Assembly: GCA_017553625.1 (NCBI GenBank)
Contig: JAFZKP010000013.1
Location: 374-64,373, forward strand
DNA length: 64,000 bases
Origin: Bacteroidales bacterium
GTDB lineage: Bacteria > Bacteroidota > Bacteroidia > Bacteroidales > F082
Direction of reading: 5' to 3'
Notes under the pieces: generated by a model
What the model was told of the DNA's origin: nothing
The model's database searches: none
The model's input: only the letters and a program-made list of their open reading frames with translations
Position numbers and translations under genes: made by a program
Shown here: in pieces, positions 9,723 to 19,507 of the stretch
Layout: every line of letters starts with the position of its first letter
Numbering within the stretch: the stretch's first letter is position 1

Positions 9723-10419
9723 TGACATGTGAGGCGCAGAAGCACCCGAATGTTGCCGGCATATATGAGATTGTTCCCACGGTAGCTATTTTGTTTTGTT
9801 GCTGCTCGTCTTCCACTATGAAGGCGTCGTCAGCCACTTTCTCTGGTGAGAAAACCACAGTGATGCCTTCGCGGATACCCAGTCGGTGCAGGCGTTTGCG
9901 GATATAAAACGCTAACCGGCAGTTGTACGATTTCGACATGTCACAAATTTCAATTTTTGTGGGGTCGTATTTGCCTCCTGCGCCCATGCAGCTCACTATG
10001 TTCTGGTGGTTTTGTACCGCATAATAGAGCAGAAACACTTTCGGCGCCATGGTGTCGATGGCATCGACCACGAAGTCGAATTTCTGTGCCATCAAATCTA
10101 TAATCGACTGGTCTTTAAGATATTGCGTCAGCACATGCAGCTTGATGTCAGGGTTGATGTCGCGGATACGTTCCGCCATCACCTCGGTTTTGTAACGCCC
10201 CACGGTGCTGTCAAGTGCCAACAGCTGACGGTTTTTGTTTGTCACGCTCACAGTGTCGCTGTCAACGATGGTCATCTCGCCAATTCCAGCGCGCGCAAGC
10301 TGTTCTGCGGCATACGCTCCTACGCCTCCGAGCCCTACCACGAGGACGTGCGCATTGGCAAGCCGTTCCACGCCGTCTACACCTATTAATATATTAGTGC
10401 GTTGTTTCCAGTCTTCCAT
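9682..10419 (-). CDS. tcdA: tRNA threonylcarbamoyladenosine dehydratase (ThiF/TcdA family)
   Basis: Contains 'VLVVGLGGVGAYAAEQLARAGIGEMTIVDSDTVSVTNKNRQ'. I chose the start at M23 (ATG 10419..10417, 'MEDWKQRT') rather than the track start at 10485, which runs into tatD. Confidence 0.85.
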   Translation of the reverse strand: MEDWKQRTNILIGVDGVERLANAHVLVVGLGGVGAYAAEQLARAGIGEMTIVDSDTVSVTNKNRQLLALDSTVGRYKTEVMAERIRDINPDIKLHVLTQYLKDQSIIDLMAQKFDFVVDAIDTMAPKVFLLYYAVQNHQNIVSCMGAGGKYDPTKIEICDMSKSYNCRLAFYIRKRLHRLGIREGITVVFSPEKVADDAFIVEDEQQQNKIATVGTISYMPATFGCFCASHVINQLLKTQNRVSS

Positions 10420-11008
10420 AATTCTCAAAAATCTTTTTGCACAAAAAATCAAAATCCCATCCAGAAAGTGCCGCCGCCTTTTCATAAACGTCTTTTATAT
10501 CCCTTCCGGAGACATCGGTTTCTAAGAAAAGCCGTTCAATCGGGATGTTTTTTAATATCTCAACAGCTTGATTTTCATTACGATACAATATTTCACCAAG
10601 CGAGATGTACATGTCGTGCTTCAAAAGTTGCCGCATCGTTTCCACTGAACTGTTGAATCCATGAATCACCCACGGCATCGTGGCTCTCGTCTTTTTTCTG
10701 ATTTCAATTATCTCGGAATACGCCCTCACGCAATGTACAATCATCGGCTTCCTGTAACTCTCTGATAATCTTATCATTTCCTCGAAAACCTTAATCTGTT
10801 TCCCAAAGGTTTCCTTATGAACTTTGTCAAGTCCCACCTCACCAATAGCTGCTGTCATTTCGAGCCGAAGGCGAGGAACCTCATTATCACATACACTAAC
10901 CTCCCAAGGATGTATTCCTTCAGTTTTTAAAATCTTTTCTTCGAAATTATTGTCGACAATCCTTATAACGGATTGATTGTCAATATGAGTATGAATGTCT
11001 ACGAACAT
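10394..11008 (-). CDS. TatD-family metal-dependent hydrolase
   Basis: 204 aa with 'MFVDIHTHID', 'IGEVGLD', 'VIHGF' and 'LETD' motifs. Confidence 0.85.
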   Translation of the reverse strand: MFVDIHTHIDNQSVIRIVDNNFEEKILKTEGIHPWEVSVCDNEVPRLRLEMTAAIGEVGLDKVHKETFGKQIKVFEEMIRLSESYRKPMIVHCVRAYSEIIEIRKKTRATMPWVIHGFNSSVETMRQLLKHDMYISLGEILYRNENQAVEILKNIPIERLFLETDVSGRDIKDVYEKAAALSGWDFDFLCKKIFENYGRLETTH

Positions 11009-11718
11009 CAGTAATCGATATTCGGTTGTGCAAGGAGTTCCATGCTGTTGAGCTCAAGTGCCATGAGGTTTCCAAACCCGACTTTTCTGTCTTGGTAATA
11101 AACGCCGTTGTCAAGGGCAATGAAATCATATCCTCCCGACTCGATGAAAAGCTGAATGAGGCTGTATTCAACTGGAACATGCCCGTGAATGATTTTTTTT
11201 CCGCCAATTTTGCTGGTGTTTACCTTGAAATCACGGACCCACAGCATCGACATCTTGTCTTCAAACGGGTTCAAAAGGTTGAAATTCATTCCGGCATGGA
11301 CAAGGATAAAGTCTTCAAGCTCAATGAAATACTGTCCGTTTTTCATCCAGTCGATATATTTATGGTCAATGTCACGCGGATGTTTCACACCGAAGCTTTT
11401 CAGCGTTTCTTTGGCTCCGTAACGTTCCCATTCCTTGTGGATGCTGCTCTTAAACAGAAAACGGTGTTGGTCCTGCTCGTAGGCGTTCATGCAGTAATAC
11501 TCATGATTACCAATGAGATAGCCAATATTGTAGCCGTTGTTTTGAAGACTCATGATGTAATCAATGACACCTTTGCCGTCATGACCACGGTCGATGTAGT
11601 CACCCAAAAAATATAAGGAATCTTCTTTTGTCAGCTGAATGCCCGATTCAACCAGCATTTTCAGAGTGCTGACACATCCATGTATATCCGGAATGACCCA
11701 CCTTCTTTTCATGATCAT
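11008..11718 (-). CDS. Metallophosphoesterase (Ser/Thr phosphatase / ApaH-like family)
   Basis: 236 aa with 'VIPDIHGC', 'GDYIDRG', 'GNHE' and 'HGH' motifs. Confidence 0.85.
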   Translation of the reverse strand: MIMKRRWVIPDIHGCVSTLKMLVESGIQLTKEDSLYFLGDYIDRGHDGKGVIDYIMSLQNNGYNIGYLIGNHEYYCMNAYEQDQHRFLFKSSIHKEWERYGAKETLKSFGVKHPRDIDHKYIDWMKNGQYFIELEDFILVHAGMNFNLLNPFEDKMSMLWVRDFKVNTSKIGGKKIIHGHVPVEYSLIQLFIESGGYDFIALDNGVYYQDRKVGFGNLMALELNSMELLAQPNIDY

Positions 11719-12461
11719 TTCGCTTTTCCTTGATTTGCAACACTTTGCATCTTCTTCGCTATCTCTTCGGGGTCGCCAAGGAAGTAGTTGTTTTGAAGAT
11801 TCATGTTGTCGTCAAATTCAAAAATGTATGGGATTGCCGTCGGGATGTTGAATTTTATGATTTCGTCTTCCGACATGTTGCGGAGTTCTTTCACGATGCC
11901 GCGCAAGCTGTTGCCGTGAGCCACCACCATCACCTGGTCGTGATTTTCGAAAGCTTTGAGTATCACTTCTTTATAATATGGCATCAAACGTGCGATGGTG
12001 TCTTTCAACGACTCTGTGAGCGGAATCTGTTCGTCGGTCATCTCGGCGTAGCGTGGATCCTGACGAGGACTCTTCGGGTCATCCATTGCGAGCGCGGGTG
12101 GCTGCACGTCGAAGCAGCGACGCCATTTCAAGACCTGCTCCTCGCCGTATTTCTTGGCCATGTCGACCTTGTTCAAGCCCTGCAACTGACCGTAGCTCTT
12201 CTCGTTCAAGCGCCAGCTTTTGTAAACAGGAAGCCAGTCCATGTCCATCACGTCAAGGATGTTGTTGAGCGTCTTGATGGCTCTCTTGAGATATGATGTA
12301 AAACAAATCTCAGGTCTGAAGCCGTTGTCTTTCAATGCTTTACCTGCTTCTAATGCTTCCTGTACACCTTTTTCCGACAAATCGACATTTGTCCAGCCTG
12401 TGAAAAGGTTAAGCTTGTTCCATTCACTTTCGCCGTGGCGAACTAATATAAGTTTCTTCAT
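11715..12461 (-). CDS. gpmA: 2,3-bisphosphoglycerate-dependent phosphoglycerate mutase
   Basis: 'KLILVRHGESEWNKLNLFTGW' and 'VAHGNSLR'. The start is moved to M20 (ATG 12461..12459); the track's N-terminal extension is AT-rich leader. Confidence 0.92.
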   Translation of the reverse strand: MKKLILVRHGESEWNKLNLFTGWTNVDLSEKGVQEALEAGKALKDNGFRPEICFTSYLKRAIKTLNNILDVMDMDWLPVYKSWRLNEKSYGQLQGLNKVDMAKKYGEEQVLKWRRCFDVQPPALAMDDPKSPRQDPRYAEMTDEQIPLTESLKDTIARLMPYYKEVILKAFENHDQVMVVAHGNSLRGIVKELRNMSEDEIIKFNIPTAIPYIFEFDDNMNLQNNYFLGDPEEIAKKMQSVANQGKAK

Positions 12462-12523
12462 GATTTTCTTAAATTTTTTCAGAAATGCAAAAATAGAAAA
12501 AGTTTTAATACAAAACAAGAAAA

Positions 12524-13147
12524 TTATAATGCTTTGAATTTAAAACCAAGATTATGGTAATACTTCAGAACTTTAGGTAGTGCAAAAATCATGTTATTGT
12601 ATGCTTTTATGCTGTCATGGAATGTTATAATTGAACCGTCGTCAGCGTTTTTTATAACATTTTGATACACATCTTCATGTGAAAGAGAATGATCCCAATC
12701 ATAGGCGATGACTGTCCAAGCAACAACTTGCAGGGACTCGGCATGCCATGTCCTAAGTTTTTCAAGTTGACTATACTTTATTTTTCCGTGCGGTGGACGG
12801 AATAAACTGCTGTGTATCAATTCATTGGCATCGTTGAAAGACTTTAAATAATCATCAGTTTTTGTTTTCCAACCGTTTTCATGATTAAAGGTGTGGCAAC
12901 CTATTGAATGCCCTTCTTTTTTAATTAGTTTGAATGTTTCCGGATACTTTTTTACGTTGTTACCGATACAGAAAAAAGTAGCTTTAGCATCGTAAAGCTT
13001 GAGAATTTCAAGCACTTTCGGTGTTATTAGAGGGTGCGGTCCATCGTCAAAAGTGAGATAAATAGTCTTACTGTCTGTCTTCGGCATTTGCCAAATCAGC
13101 GAAGGGAAAAAAATCCTAAAAACTTTAGATGGTTTGACCAATCTCAT
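12524..13147 (-). CDS. Polysaccharide deacetylase (NodB homology domain)
   Basis: 207 aa with 'LTFDDGPHP', 'KATFFCIG' and 'GHSIGCHTFNH'. Confidence 0.85.
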   Translation of the reverse strand: MRLVKPSKVFRIFFPSLIWQMPKTDSKTIYLTFDDGPHPLITPKVLEILKLYDAKATFFCIGNNVKKYPETFKLIKKEGHSIGCHTFNHENGWKTKTDDYLKSFNDANELIHSSLFRPPHGKIKYSQLEKLRTWHAESLQVVAWTVIAYDWDHSLSHEDVYQNVIKNADDGSIITFHDSIKAYNNMIFALPKVLKYYHNLGFKFKAL

Positions 13148-13169
13148 GCTGCAAAATTAGTAAAAAAAA

Positions 13170-15269
13170 CTATCCTATGCGACTCCAGTCGAAATCGCGT
13201 TCGAACTGTTGTGAAAAATATTGTTTTGTGGCGTAATGTTCAGGCTTTGACAACGTCGGGTCGGCATCCAAAAGCAGGTTTGCCATCCTTCTCGTGTGCC
13301 TGATGATAGGCTCGTCGTATTGGAAGTCGCCGATTTTCATCTCAATCATTCCGGATTGCCGTGTGCCTTGGGTTTCGCCAGGTCCTCTCAACTGCAAGTC
13401 CGCTTCCGCGATCTCGAATCCGTCGTTGGTGCGCACCATTGTCTCCATACGTTTCTTGCCCTCGCCCGTGAGCTTATGGTCGGTGATAAGCACACAATAC
13501 GACTGCTCGGCACCGCGTCCGACCCTGCCGCGAAGTTGGTGCAGCTGCGAGAGCCCGAACCTGTTGGCATTTTCAATAATCATCACCGAGGCGTTCGGCA
13601 CGTTCACGCCCACTTCAATTACAGTAGTCGCTATCATGATATGCGTCTCACCGCGCACAAATCGCTGCATCTCCCAGTCTTTATCCTCCGCCTTCATCTG
13701 CCCGTGCACCACGCTGATGTGATAATCGGGCTCAGGAAAGTCACGCAACATCGCCTCATAACCTTCCTGCAGGTTTATCAAATCCATCTTCTCCGATTCC
13801 TTGATGAGCGGATAAACCACATAAATCTGATGTCCTTCGGCAATCTGTTTCTTCATGAAACCGATAATCGCAAGTCGTTGTTCCTGAAATACATGCACCG
13901 TCTTAACAGGCTTTCTTCCAGGCGGCAACTCGTCGATTTTCGAGACATCGAGGTCGCCATATTGAGTCATTGCCAATGTGCGGGGAATCGGTGTGGCTGT
14001 CATAACCAAAGTATGCGGCGGGAATGCGGTCTTGTCCCAGAACGAAGCCCTTTGCGCCACGCCGAAACGATGCTGCTCGTCAATGATGCAGAGTCCTAAG
14101 TTCTTGAAAACCACAGTGTCTTCTATCAAAGCATGAGTTCCGATTATTATCTGAAGGTCGCCGCTTGCGAGGTCGGCCAAAATCTGTTTGCGCTCCGATT
14201 GTTTGGTGCTACCAGTTAGCAAGGCGAAGTGTACATCCATGCCTTTGAGTTGGGCTCGAAGCGTCTCAAGATGTTGAGTAGCAAGGATTTCCGTCGGTGC
14301 CATTAAAGTTGCCTGATACCCGTTGTCGAGGGCAAGGAGCATAATCATCAACGCGACAATGGTCTTTCCGCTTCCGACGTCGCCTTGCAAAAGCCTGTTC
14401 ATCTGATGACCGCTCTTCAAATCTGCGCGAATCTCCTTGATGACACGTTTCTGGGCATTGGTGAGAGGGAAGGGTAGATGCTCATTGTAAAACGTGTTGA
14501 AATAATTTCCAACTTGTTGAAACACAACGCTTTTTGTGTTTTTCTCTCTGTCTTTTTTATGAATCAGAAGACGTAGCTGGAAGAAGAAATGTTCTTCGTA
14601 TTTCAAACGCGTCGTAGCTCGTTGAATATCAGTGCTGTTCGACGGCAGATGTATCTTGTAATAGGCGTCTTTTCGGGGCAGAAGCTTGTCGTGAAGCACA
14701 AGACTCTCGGGTAAAACCTCGGGAATCATGTTCCACACTTGCAAAACACAAGTTTTTATGATTCTTGCGAGTTGTTTTGTGCCGAGACCGGCGTTTTTCA
14801 TCTTCTCGGTGGTGTTGTAAACGCCTTGCAGAGCCTCGCCAACGACAACATCGTCGGGGTTGTAGTCTTCCACATCGGGGTGGGTGAAGTTGAAGCGGTT
14901 GTTGAACACGCTTGCCTTGCCGAAAATGAGGTATTTCTTGCCCGGTTGGAAGCGGTTTTTTATCCATTTAAGACCTTTAAACCACACCAATTCTATCGAG
15001 CCGGTGTCGTCGGTAAACGTCGCCGTAATCCTCGTAACTCTCGGAGAACCAAACGTTTGCATATTGCTGACGGTTCCTACTAGTTGATAATAAACGGTAT
15101 CGTCGCAAATCTGCCTGACCTTATGAATCTGCGAACGGTCGATATACCTGAACGGAAAATAGTCCAAGAGGTCCTGAAACGTGAAAATGCCCAGCTCCTT
15201 ATTCAGCAGCTCAGCTCGTTTCGGCCCCACGCCCTTGAGGTATTCGATTTTCGTTTGCAGAAGATCCAT
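13170..15269 (-). CDS. recG: ATP-dependent DNA helicase RecG
   Basis: 699 aa with 'LQGDVGSGKT', 'IIDEQHRFGV', 'MTATPIPRT' and 'QLHQLRGRVGRG'. Confidence 0.95.
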   Translation of the reverse strand: MDLLQTKIEYLKGVGPKRAELLNKELGIFTFQDLLDYFPFRYIDRSQIHKVRQICDDTVYYQLVGTVSNMQTFGSPRVTRITATFTDDTGSIELVWFKGLKWIKNRFQPGKKYLIFGKASVFNNRFNFTHPDVEDYNPDDVVVGEALQGVYNTTEKMKNAGLGTKQLARIIKTCVLQVWNMIPEVLPESLVLHDKLLPRKDAYYKIHLPSNSTDIQRATTRLKYEEHFFFQLRLLIHKKDREKNTKSVVFQQVGNYFNTFYNEHLPFPLTNAQKRVIKEIRADLKSGHQMNRLLQGDVGSGKTIVALMIMLLALDNGYQATLMAPTEILATQHLETLRAQLKGMDVHFALLTGSTKQSERKQILADLASGDLQIIIGTHALIEDTVVFKNLGLCIIDEQHRFGVAQRASFWDKTAFPPHTLVMTATPIPRTLAMTQYGDLDVSKIDELPPGRKPVKTVHVFQEQRLAIIGFMKKQIAEGHQIYVVYPLIKESEKMDLINLQEGYEAMLRDFPEPDYHISVVHGQMKAEDKDWEMQRFVRGETHIMIATTVIEVGVNVPNASVMIIENANRFGLSQLHQLRGRVGRGAEQSYCVLITDHKLTGEGKKRMETMVRTNDGFEIAEADLQLRGPGETQGTRQSGMIEMKIGDFQYDEPIIRHTRRMANLLLDADPTLSKPEHYATKQYFSQQFERDFDWSRIG

Positions 15270-15273
15270 GACT

Positions 15274-16551
15274 TTAATTCTTTAAACATCCGATAGGTAC
15301 AACAAAAACACCATCGTCTCGACGATATGCAAATTTTCCTACCGCTGTCAACACCATCATAAACGACGGACTTTTCATCTTTGTTGTATCAATTTTTGAT
15401 GCAAGTTTAAGCAATGTGTTGGCACCCTGATCTATAAGTGCACTTCCACCAAGTTTTATTTCAATTAAACCGTATGAACCACCCCTAAGATGTATTACCG
15501 CATCACATTCCAATCCGTTGTGGTCGCGATAATGATAAATATTACCGTCAAGTGATTCCGCAAAAACGCGTAAATCTCTGATACACAATGTTTCAAACAA
15601 CAATCCCATTGTGTTCAAATCGTTGATTAAATCTTTCGGACCGATTTCAAGAGCAGCTGCGCCAATTGACGGATCAACCAAATATCTGGTATCTGAGGTT
15701 CGGATTGCTGTTTTAGAACGCAAGTTCGGATTCCATGCCGGAATGTCATCGACAACAAAAATCTTTTTTAGTGCATTGATGTATGAATTGATAGTTTCAT
15801 CGTCGAATGATGATGCCTCATTGTCAAACAAATCTTGTTTTATAGTCCGAATAGGAGTTTGCGACCCTTGGTGTCTCGAATAAGAACGCAATAATCTCTT
15901 TACTCTTGAAGGGTTTCTTGATATATTGTCTGCTCGGCTGATATCAGATTCAACGACTGCATTGTAATATTCGGATGCTATGTTTAATGCCAAATCTCCG
16001 CCGATATTTACTGCTTGAGGCCAACCGCCTCTGCAAATAAGATAGGCTATATCTTCAAAATTCAAATTGTTTGTTTCGGCAATTTTTTCAGGTGAAGTGA
16101 AAAGATTTGCTAAACTGACTGTGCCATTTGATTCGCCCGATTCATATAACGACATAGGTCTCATGGTCATCCATGAAAAACGACCTGTACCGCTATGGTG
16201 TATATGCGATTTGTCAGCAGGAACGGCAGATCCAGTCAATATAAATTGTCCGAAGCCGTCGCGATGGTCAACTGTAAACCTGACTGAATCCCAAAGACTT
16301 GGAGCCAATTGCCATTCGTCGATAAGACGTGGAGTTTCACCTTCTAAGAGTTTTTTGGGTTCCGTATTAGCCATAATCAGATTGGACTCGCCGTTTTCTG
16401 GGTCATCCATATACAAAATACTCTTAGCAGCTTGTTCGGCAGTGGTTGTCTTACCGCACCATTTTGGTCCTTGTATCAAAACGGCTCCAATGTATTGGAG
16501 TTTCTTTGCCAACAACTCGTCTGCTATTCTTTTTCTGTATTTTTTCATCAT
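15274..16551 (-). CDS. AAA ATPase with DUF4143-type C-terminal domain
   Basis: Has 'IQGPKWCGKTT' (Walker A) and a C-terminal 'YHYRDHNGLECDAVI' nuclease-like fold motif. The start is set at the ATG at 16551. The track's upstream extension is translated tandem-repeat DNA. Confidence 0.85.
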   Translation of the reverse strand: MMKKYRKRIADELLAKKLQYIGAVLIQGPKWCGKTTTAEQAAKSILYMDDPENGESNLIMANTEPKKLLEGETPRLIDEWQLAPSLWDSVRFTVDHRDGFGQFILTGSAVPADKSHIHHSGTGRFSWMTMRPMSLYESGESNGTVSLANLFTSPEKIAETNNLNFEDIAYLICRGGWPQAVNIGGDLALNIASEYYNAVVESDISRADNISRNPSRVKRLLRSYSRHQGSQTPIRTIKQDLFDNEASSFDDETINSYINALKKIFVVDDIPAWNPNLRSKTAIRTSDTRYLVDPSIGAAALEIGPKDLINDLNTMGLLFETLCIRDLRVFAESLDGNIYHYRDHNGLECDAVIHLRGGSYGLIEIKLGGSALIDQGANTLLKLASKIDTTKMKSPSFMMVLTAVGKFAYRRDDGVFVVPIGCLKN

Positions 16552-16574
16552 GATAAATGACTGATTTTCCGTTG

Positions 16575-16582
16575 CAAATATA
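16575..16582 (-). promoter_or_regulatory. Bacteroidetes -7 promoter box (TATATTTG)
   Basis: Plus 'caaatata' is minus TATATTTG, about 24 nt upstream of the ATG at 16551. Confidence 0.45.
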
Positions 16583-16597
16583 CAAAAAATTTTAAAA

Positions 16598-16666
16598 TTC
16601 GGCAATTTGGAGCAAAATTTTTCGGTAATTTGGAGCAAAATTTTTCGGCACTTTGGAGAAATAAAA
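16598..16666. repeat. Three tandem 23-bp repeats (TTCGGYAATTTGGAGCAAAATTT)
   Basis: Units lie at 16598-16620, 16621-16643 (1 mismatch) and 16644-16666 (degenerate), just upstream of the AAA ATPase promoter. Confidence 0.85.
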
Positions 16667-16692
16667 AAAACCGACACCTTCAGGCATCGGTT
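16663..16692 (-). terminator. Rho-independent terminator of the 16718..17500 gene
   Basis: Minus strand reads ccgatgcc-tgaa-ggtgtcgg followed by an 8-T run, about 25 nt after the stop. Confidence 0.7.
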
Positions 16693-16717
16693 TCCTTATA
16701 CTTTAATGCTAATTTCC

Positions 16718-17500
16718 TTATTTTACAATGAACTTGTGGCTTGTGCCGTCGACTGTATAGTAATAGATTCCAGGAGCATAACCTGAAACGTCAAGCATGA
16801 TTCTGTCGAATGTCGAGTCAACGACTTTCTTCTCAACGAGGTTGTTCTCCATGTTGTAGATGAACAAATCTGCACTTTCACCGCCGTTCAGCAAGTATGG
16901 AAGAGCTACAGTCTTAGCCGCTGTGTTCTGAGGAGCATTGTTCACCTGAACGCCGTTTTCTGACAGAGAATAACCTGTTCCAGGCAATGAATAAACCTCT
17001 GTTGAATAATAGAATCTGTTGCTGTCGTTGTTATAGAAACGCTTCTCCAATTTCAACTTGAAACCGCCTTCGTTGTACAATGACGAATAAACATAATATG
17101 AATATCCGAAGTCCTCAATCACTGAACCCTGCTCGTTGTACAGCTTGCAGATGGAAATCTTGTTCATGTCCTCGCTGTAATTGTAATATGTCACAAGAAA
17201 TTCAATGTCTTCGTCGTCATTGAACAATGTCTGTGAATAATAGTTGATGTCAGAGTAATCATATCCGTAAGGAGGAGTGATGTTGATTGACTTGTACACA
17301 GAGTGGTCACCGTTGTACAAATTGATAGAAATGGTATTTTTGTTTGTCGTTACATTAATATACTTCTCCAATGACGAGTAGTAATACACATGATCATTAA
17401 AAGTGTTCTCCAGTTCAACCTGTGCTTTTAGACTGATGGAGCTTAATAACGCAGTGAAACACAATGCAATAGCGATGAACGATTTATTTTTTCTTTTCAT
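16718..17500 (-). CDS. Secreted hypothetical protein with T9SS C-terminal sorting domain
   Basis: 260 aa. Signal peptide 'KSFIAIALCFTALLSSISLKAQ'. The C-terminus 'LFIYNMENNLVEKKVV...GIYYYTVDGTSHKFIVK' is typical of the Por secretion tail. Confidence 0.75.
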   Translation of the reverse strand: MKRKNKSFIAIALCFTALLSSISLKAQVELENTFNDHVYYYSSLEKYINVTTNKNTISINLYNGDHSVYKSINITPPYGYDYSDINYYSQTLFNDDEDIEFLVTYYNYSEDMNKISICKLYNEQGSVIEDFGYSYYVYSSLYNEGGFKLKLEKRFYNNDSNRFYYSTEVYSLPGTGYSLSENGVQVNNAPQNTAAKTVALPYLLNGGESADLFIYNMENNLVEKKVVDSTFDRIMLDVSGYAPGIYYYTVDGTSHKFIVK

Positions 17501-17670
17501 ACTAGATATAATTTTCTGACTTACATAAATTACCGCTGCAAAGATAGTACATATTTTTTATAAAAACTACAAAATAAATAAAATTTTTTTATGTTTTTTT
17601 TGAAAAATTTTTGCCACAAGATTGTTTATAAATAATTGTCAGTTTTTACTTAATGTTTCCGAAAAATTAG

Positions 17671-17678
17671 TATCTTTG
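17671..17678 (+). promoter_or_regulatory. Bacteroidetes -7 promoter box (TATCTTTG) for lysS
   Basis: Exact TAnnTTTG match about 46 nt upstream of the ATG at 17724. Confidence 0.5.
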
Positions 17679-17723
17679 CCCCCAAATATTAATATGTAAA
17701 AATAATAAAAAAAATATATAAAA

Positions 17724-19439
17724 ATGTTAAACGAACAAGAGCAAGTTAGGAGAAATTCTTTACAAGAGCTTTATAAACTCGGTATCAACCCATATCCGCA
17801 GGCGGCTTACGATGTCAATGTCACCACGAAACAGATTAAAGATGAGTTTGATGACAATGATTTGGAAAAGTTTGGGAATGTGAGCATTGGTGGACGTATC
17901 ATGAGCCGTCGTATCATGGGAGCCGCTTCATTCTGCGAGCTGCAGGACGCTCACGGCCGTATACAGTTGTATCTCAACCGCGACGAAATATGCCCGGGAG
18001 AGGACAAGACAATGTACAACGTCGTTTTCAAGCGTCTTCTCGACATCGGCGATTTCATCGGAGTGAAAGGCTTTGTGTTCCGTACCCAGATGGGTGAGAT
18101 TTCCATCCATGTGAAGGAAATGACGGTGCTCAGCAAGAGTCTGCGCCCGCTTCCAATAGTGAAGGAGAAAGACGGAGTGAAATACGACGAGTTCAACGAC
18201 CCAGAGCTGCGTTATCGTATGCGTTACGTCGACCTTGTTGTAAATGATAGAGTTAAGGATATTTTTATCAAACGTACCAAGGCTATCGACAGCATCCGCC
18301 ATTTCTTCAACGAGAATGGCTATCTTGAGGTTGAGACTCCTGTGCTTCAGCCAATACCGGGTGGCGCCTCGGCTCGTCCGTTCGTGACACATCACAACGC
18401 TCTCGACATCCCGATGTATTTGAGAATTGCAGACGAGTTGTATCTGAAACGTCTCATCGTGGGTGGTTTTGACGGCGTTTACGAGTTCTCGCGCAACTTC
18501 CGCAACGAGGGCATGGACCGCTCGCATAACCCTGAGTTTACTGGACTTGAGATATATGTCGCCTACAAGGATTATCTCTGGATGATGGACTTCACCGAAG
18601 AGATGATTTGCCGCTGCGCCCACGACGTGCTCGGCACCGACACTCTGCATGTCGGCGATAAGGAAATCAGCCTGAAACGCCCGTTCAAACGTATCTCGAT
18701 GATAGATTCAATCAAAGAAAACACTGGCATCGACATTAACGGAATGAACGAGGAGCAGCTTCGCGAGGTGTGCAAGAAACTCGACGTTGAAATCGATGAG
18801 TCGATGGGCAAGGGTAAGCTTATCGACGAAATTTTCGGTGCAAAATGCGAGGGCAACTACATCCAGCCGACCTTCATCACCGACTATCCTGTCGAGATGT
18901 CGCCTCTTTGCAAACGTCATCGTAACAACCCGGAACTCACCGAGCGTTTTGAGCTGATGATAAACGGTAAGGAAGTGGCTAACGCCTACACCGAGCTTAA
19001 CGACCCTATCGACCAGCGTGCACGTTTCGAGGAGCAGATGAAACTCGCTGGCCGCGGTGACGACGAGGCTATGCTCATTGACCAAGACTTCCTCCGCGCA
19101 CTTGAATATGGTATGCCTCCAACATCTGGAATGGGCATCGGCATCGACCGTTTCGTCATGCTTCTCACAGGTCAGACACAGATTCAGGAAGTGCTTCTCT
19201 TCCCGACGATGCGCCCTGAAGTACACAAGAAAGTCGCCACAAAAGAAGACTTTATGGCGGTCGGAGTGCCAGAGGTCTGGGCGGAAGTGCTTGTGAAACA
19301 AAACTATACATCCGTCGAGATGATGCAGTCGGAGAAGCCGTCGGCTCTTCGCGAGAAACTCAACGGAATAAGAAAAAAGACTAAAATGGACGTCCCGGCA
19401 TTACAACTCGAGGAAGTCGAAAAATGGATTAACGTATAA
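17724..19439 (+). CDS. lysS: Lysine--tRNA ligase (class II)
   Basis: 571 aa with 'RYRMRYVDL', '[15 protein letters not shown]', '[20 protein letters not shown]' and '[12 protein letters not shown]'. Confidence 0.95.
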   Translation: MLNEQEQVRRNSLQELYKLGINPYPQAAYDVNVTTKQIKDEFDDNDLEKFGNVSIGGRIMSRRIMGAASFCELQDAHGRIQLYLNRDEICPGEDKTMYNVVFKRLLDIGDFIGVKGFVFRTQMGEISIHVKEMTVLSKSLRPLPIVKEKDGVKYDEFNDPELRYRMRYVDLVVNDRVKDIFIKRTKAIDSIRHFFNENGYLEVETPVLQPIPGGASARPFVTHHNALDIPMYLRIADELYLKRLIVGGFDGVYEFSRNFRNEGMDRSHNPEFTGLEIYVAYKDYLWMMDFTEEMICRCAHDVLGTDTLHVGDKEISLKRPFKRISMIDSIKENTGIDINGMNEEQLREVCKKLDVEIDESMGKGKLIDEIFGAKCEGNYIQPTFITDYPVEMSPLCKRHRNNPELTERFELMINGKEVANAYTELNDPIDQRARFEEQMKLAGRGDDEAMLIDQDFLRALEYGMPPTSGMGIGIDRFVMLLTGQTQIQEVLLFPTMRPEVHKKVATKEDFMAVGVPEVWAEVLVKQNYTSVEMMQSEKPSALREKLNGIRKKTKMDVPALQLEEVEKWINV

Positions 19440-19464
19440 AAAACGATAACGACCAATTAAAACG

Positions 19465-19491
19465 TGTAAAGACGCGATATCGCGTCTCTAC
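19465..19491. repeat. Palindromic repeat unit TGTAAAGACGCGAT-ATCGCGTCTCTAC (possible terminator)
   Basis: Near-perfect palindrome between the lysS stop and the C25 peptidase start. It belongs to the same family as the units at 8291 and 8498. Confidence 0.7.
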
Positions 19492-19507
19492 TTAAAACCC
19501 TAAAAAA

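Noticed and set aside
10420-10485. N-terminal extensions of tcdA (to 10485) and gpmA (12462..12518)
   Set aside because: The extensions run into the upstream gene or AT-rich leader. Internal ATGs give canonical family N-termini.
13296-14099. Long antisense ORFs inside recG (13296..14099 +), lysS (17928..18650 -), the 5'-nucleotidase (26814..27608 -) and the phosphatase (11026..11616 +)
   Set aside because: Each is opposite a confidently identified conserved gene and has no recognisable motifs.
16552-16677. N-terminal extension of the AAA ATPase ORF (track start 16677)
   Set aside because: The extension translates the 23-bp tandem repeats and the promoter. An ATG pair at 16551/16548 gives a normal N-terminus (MMKKYRKRIADELL).
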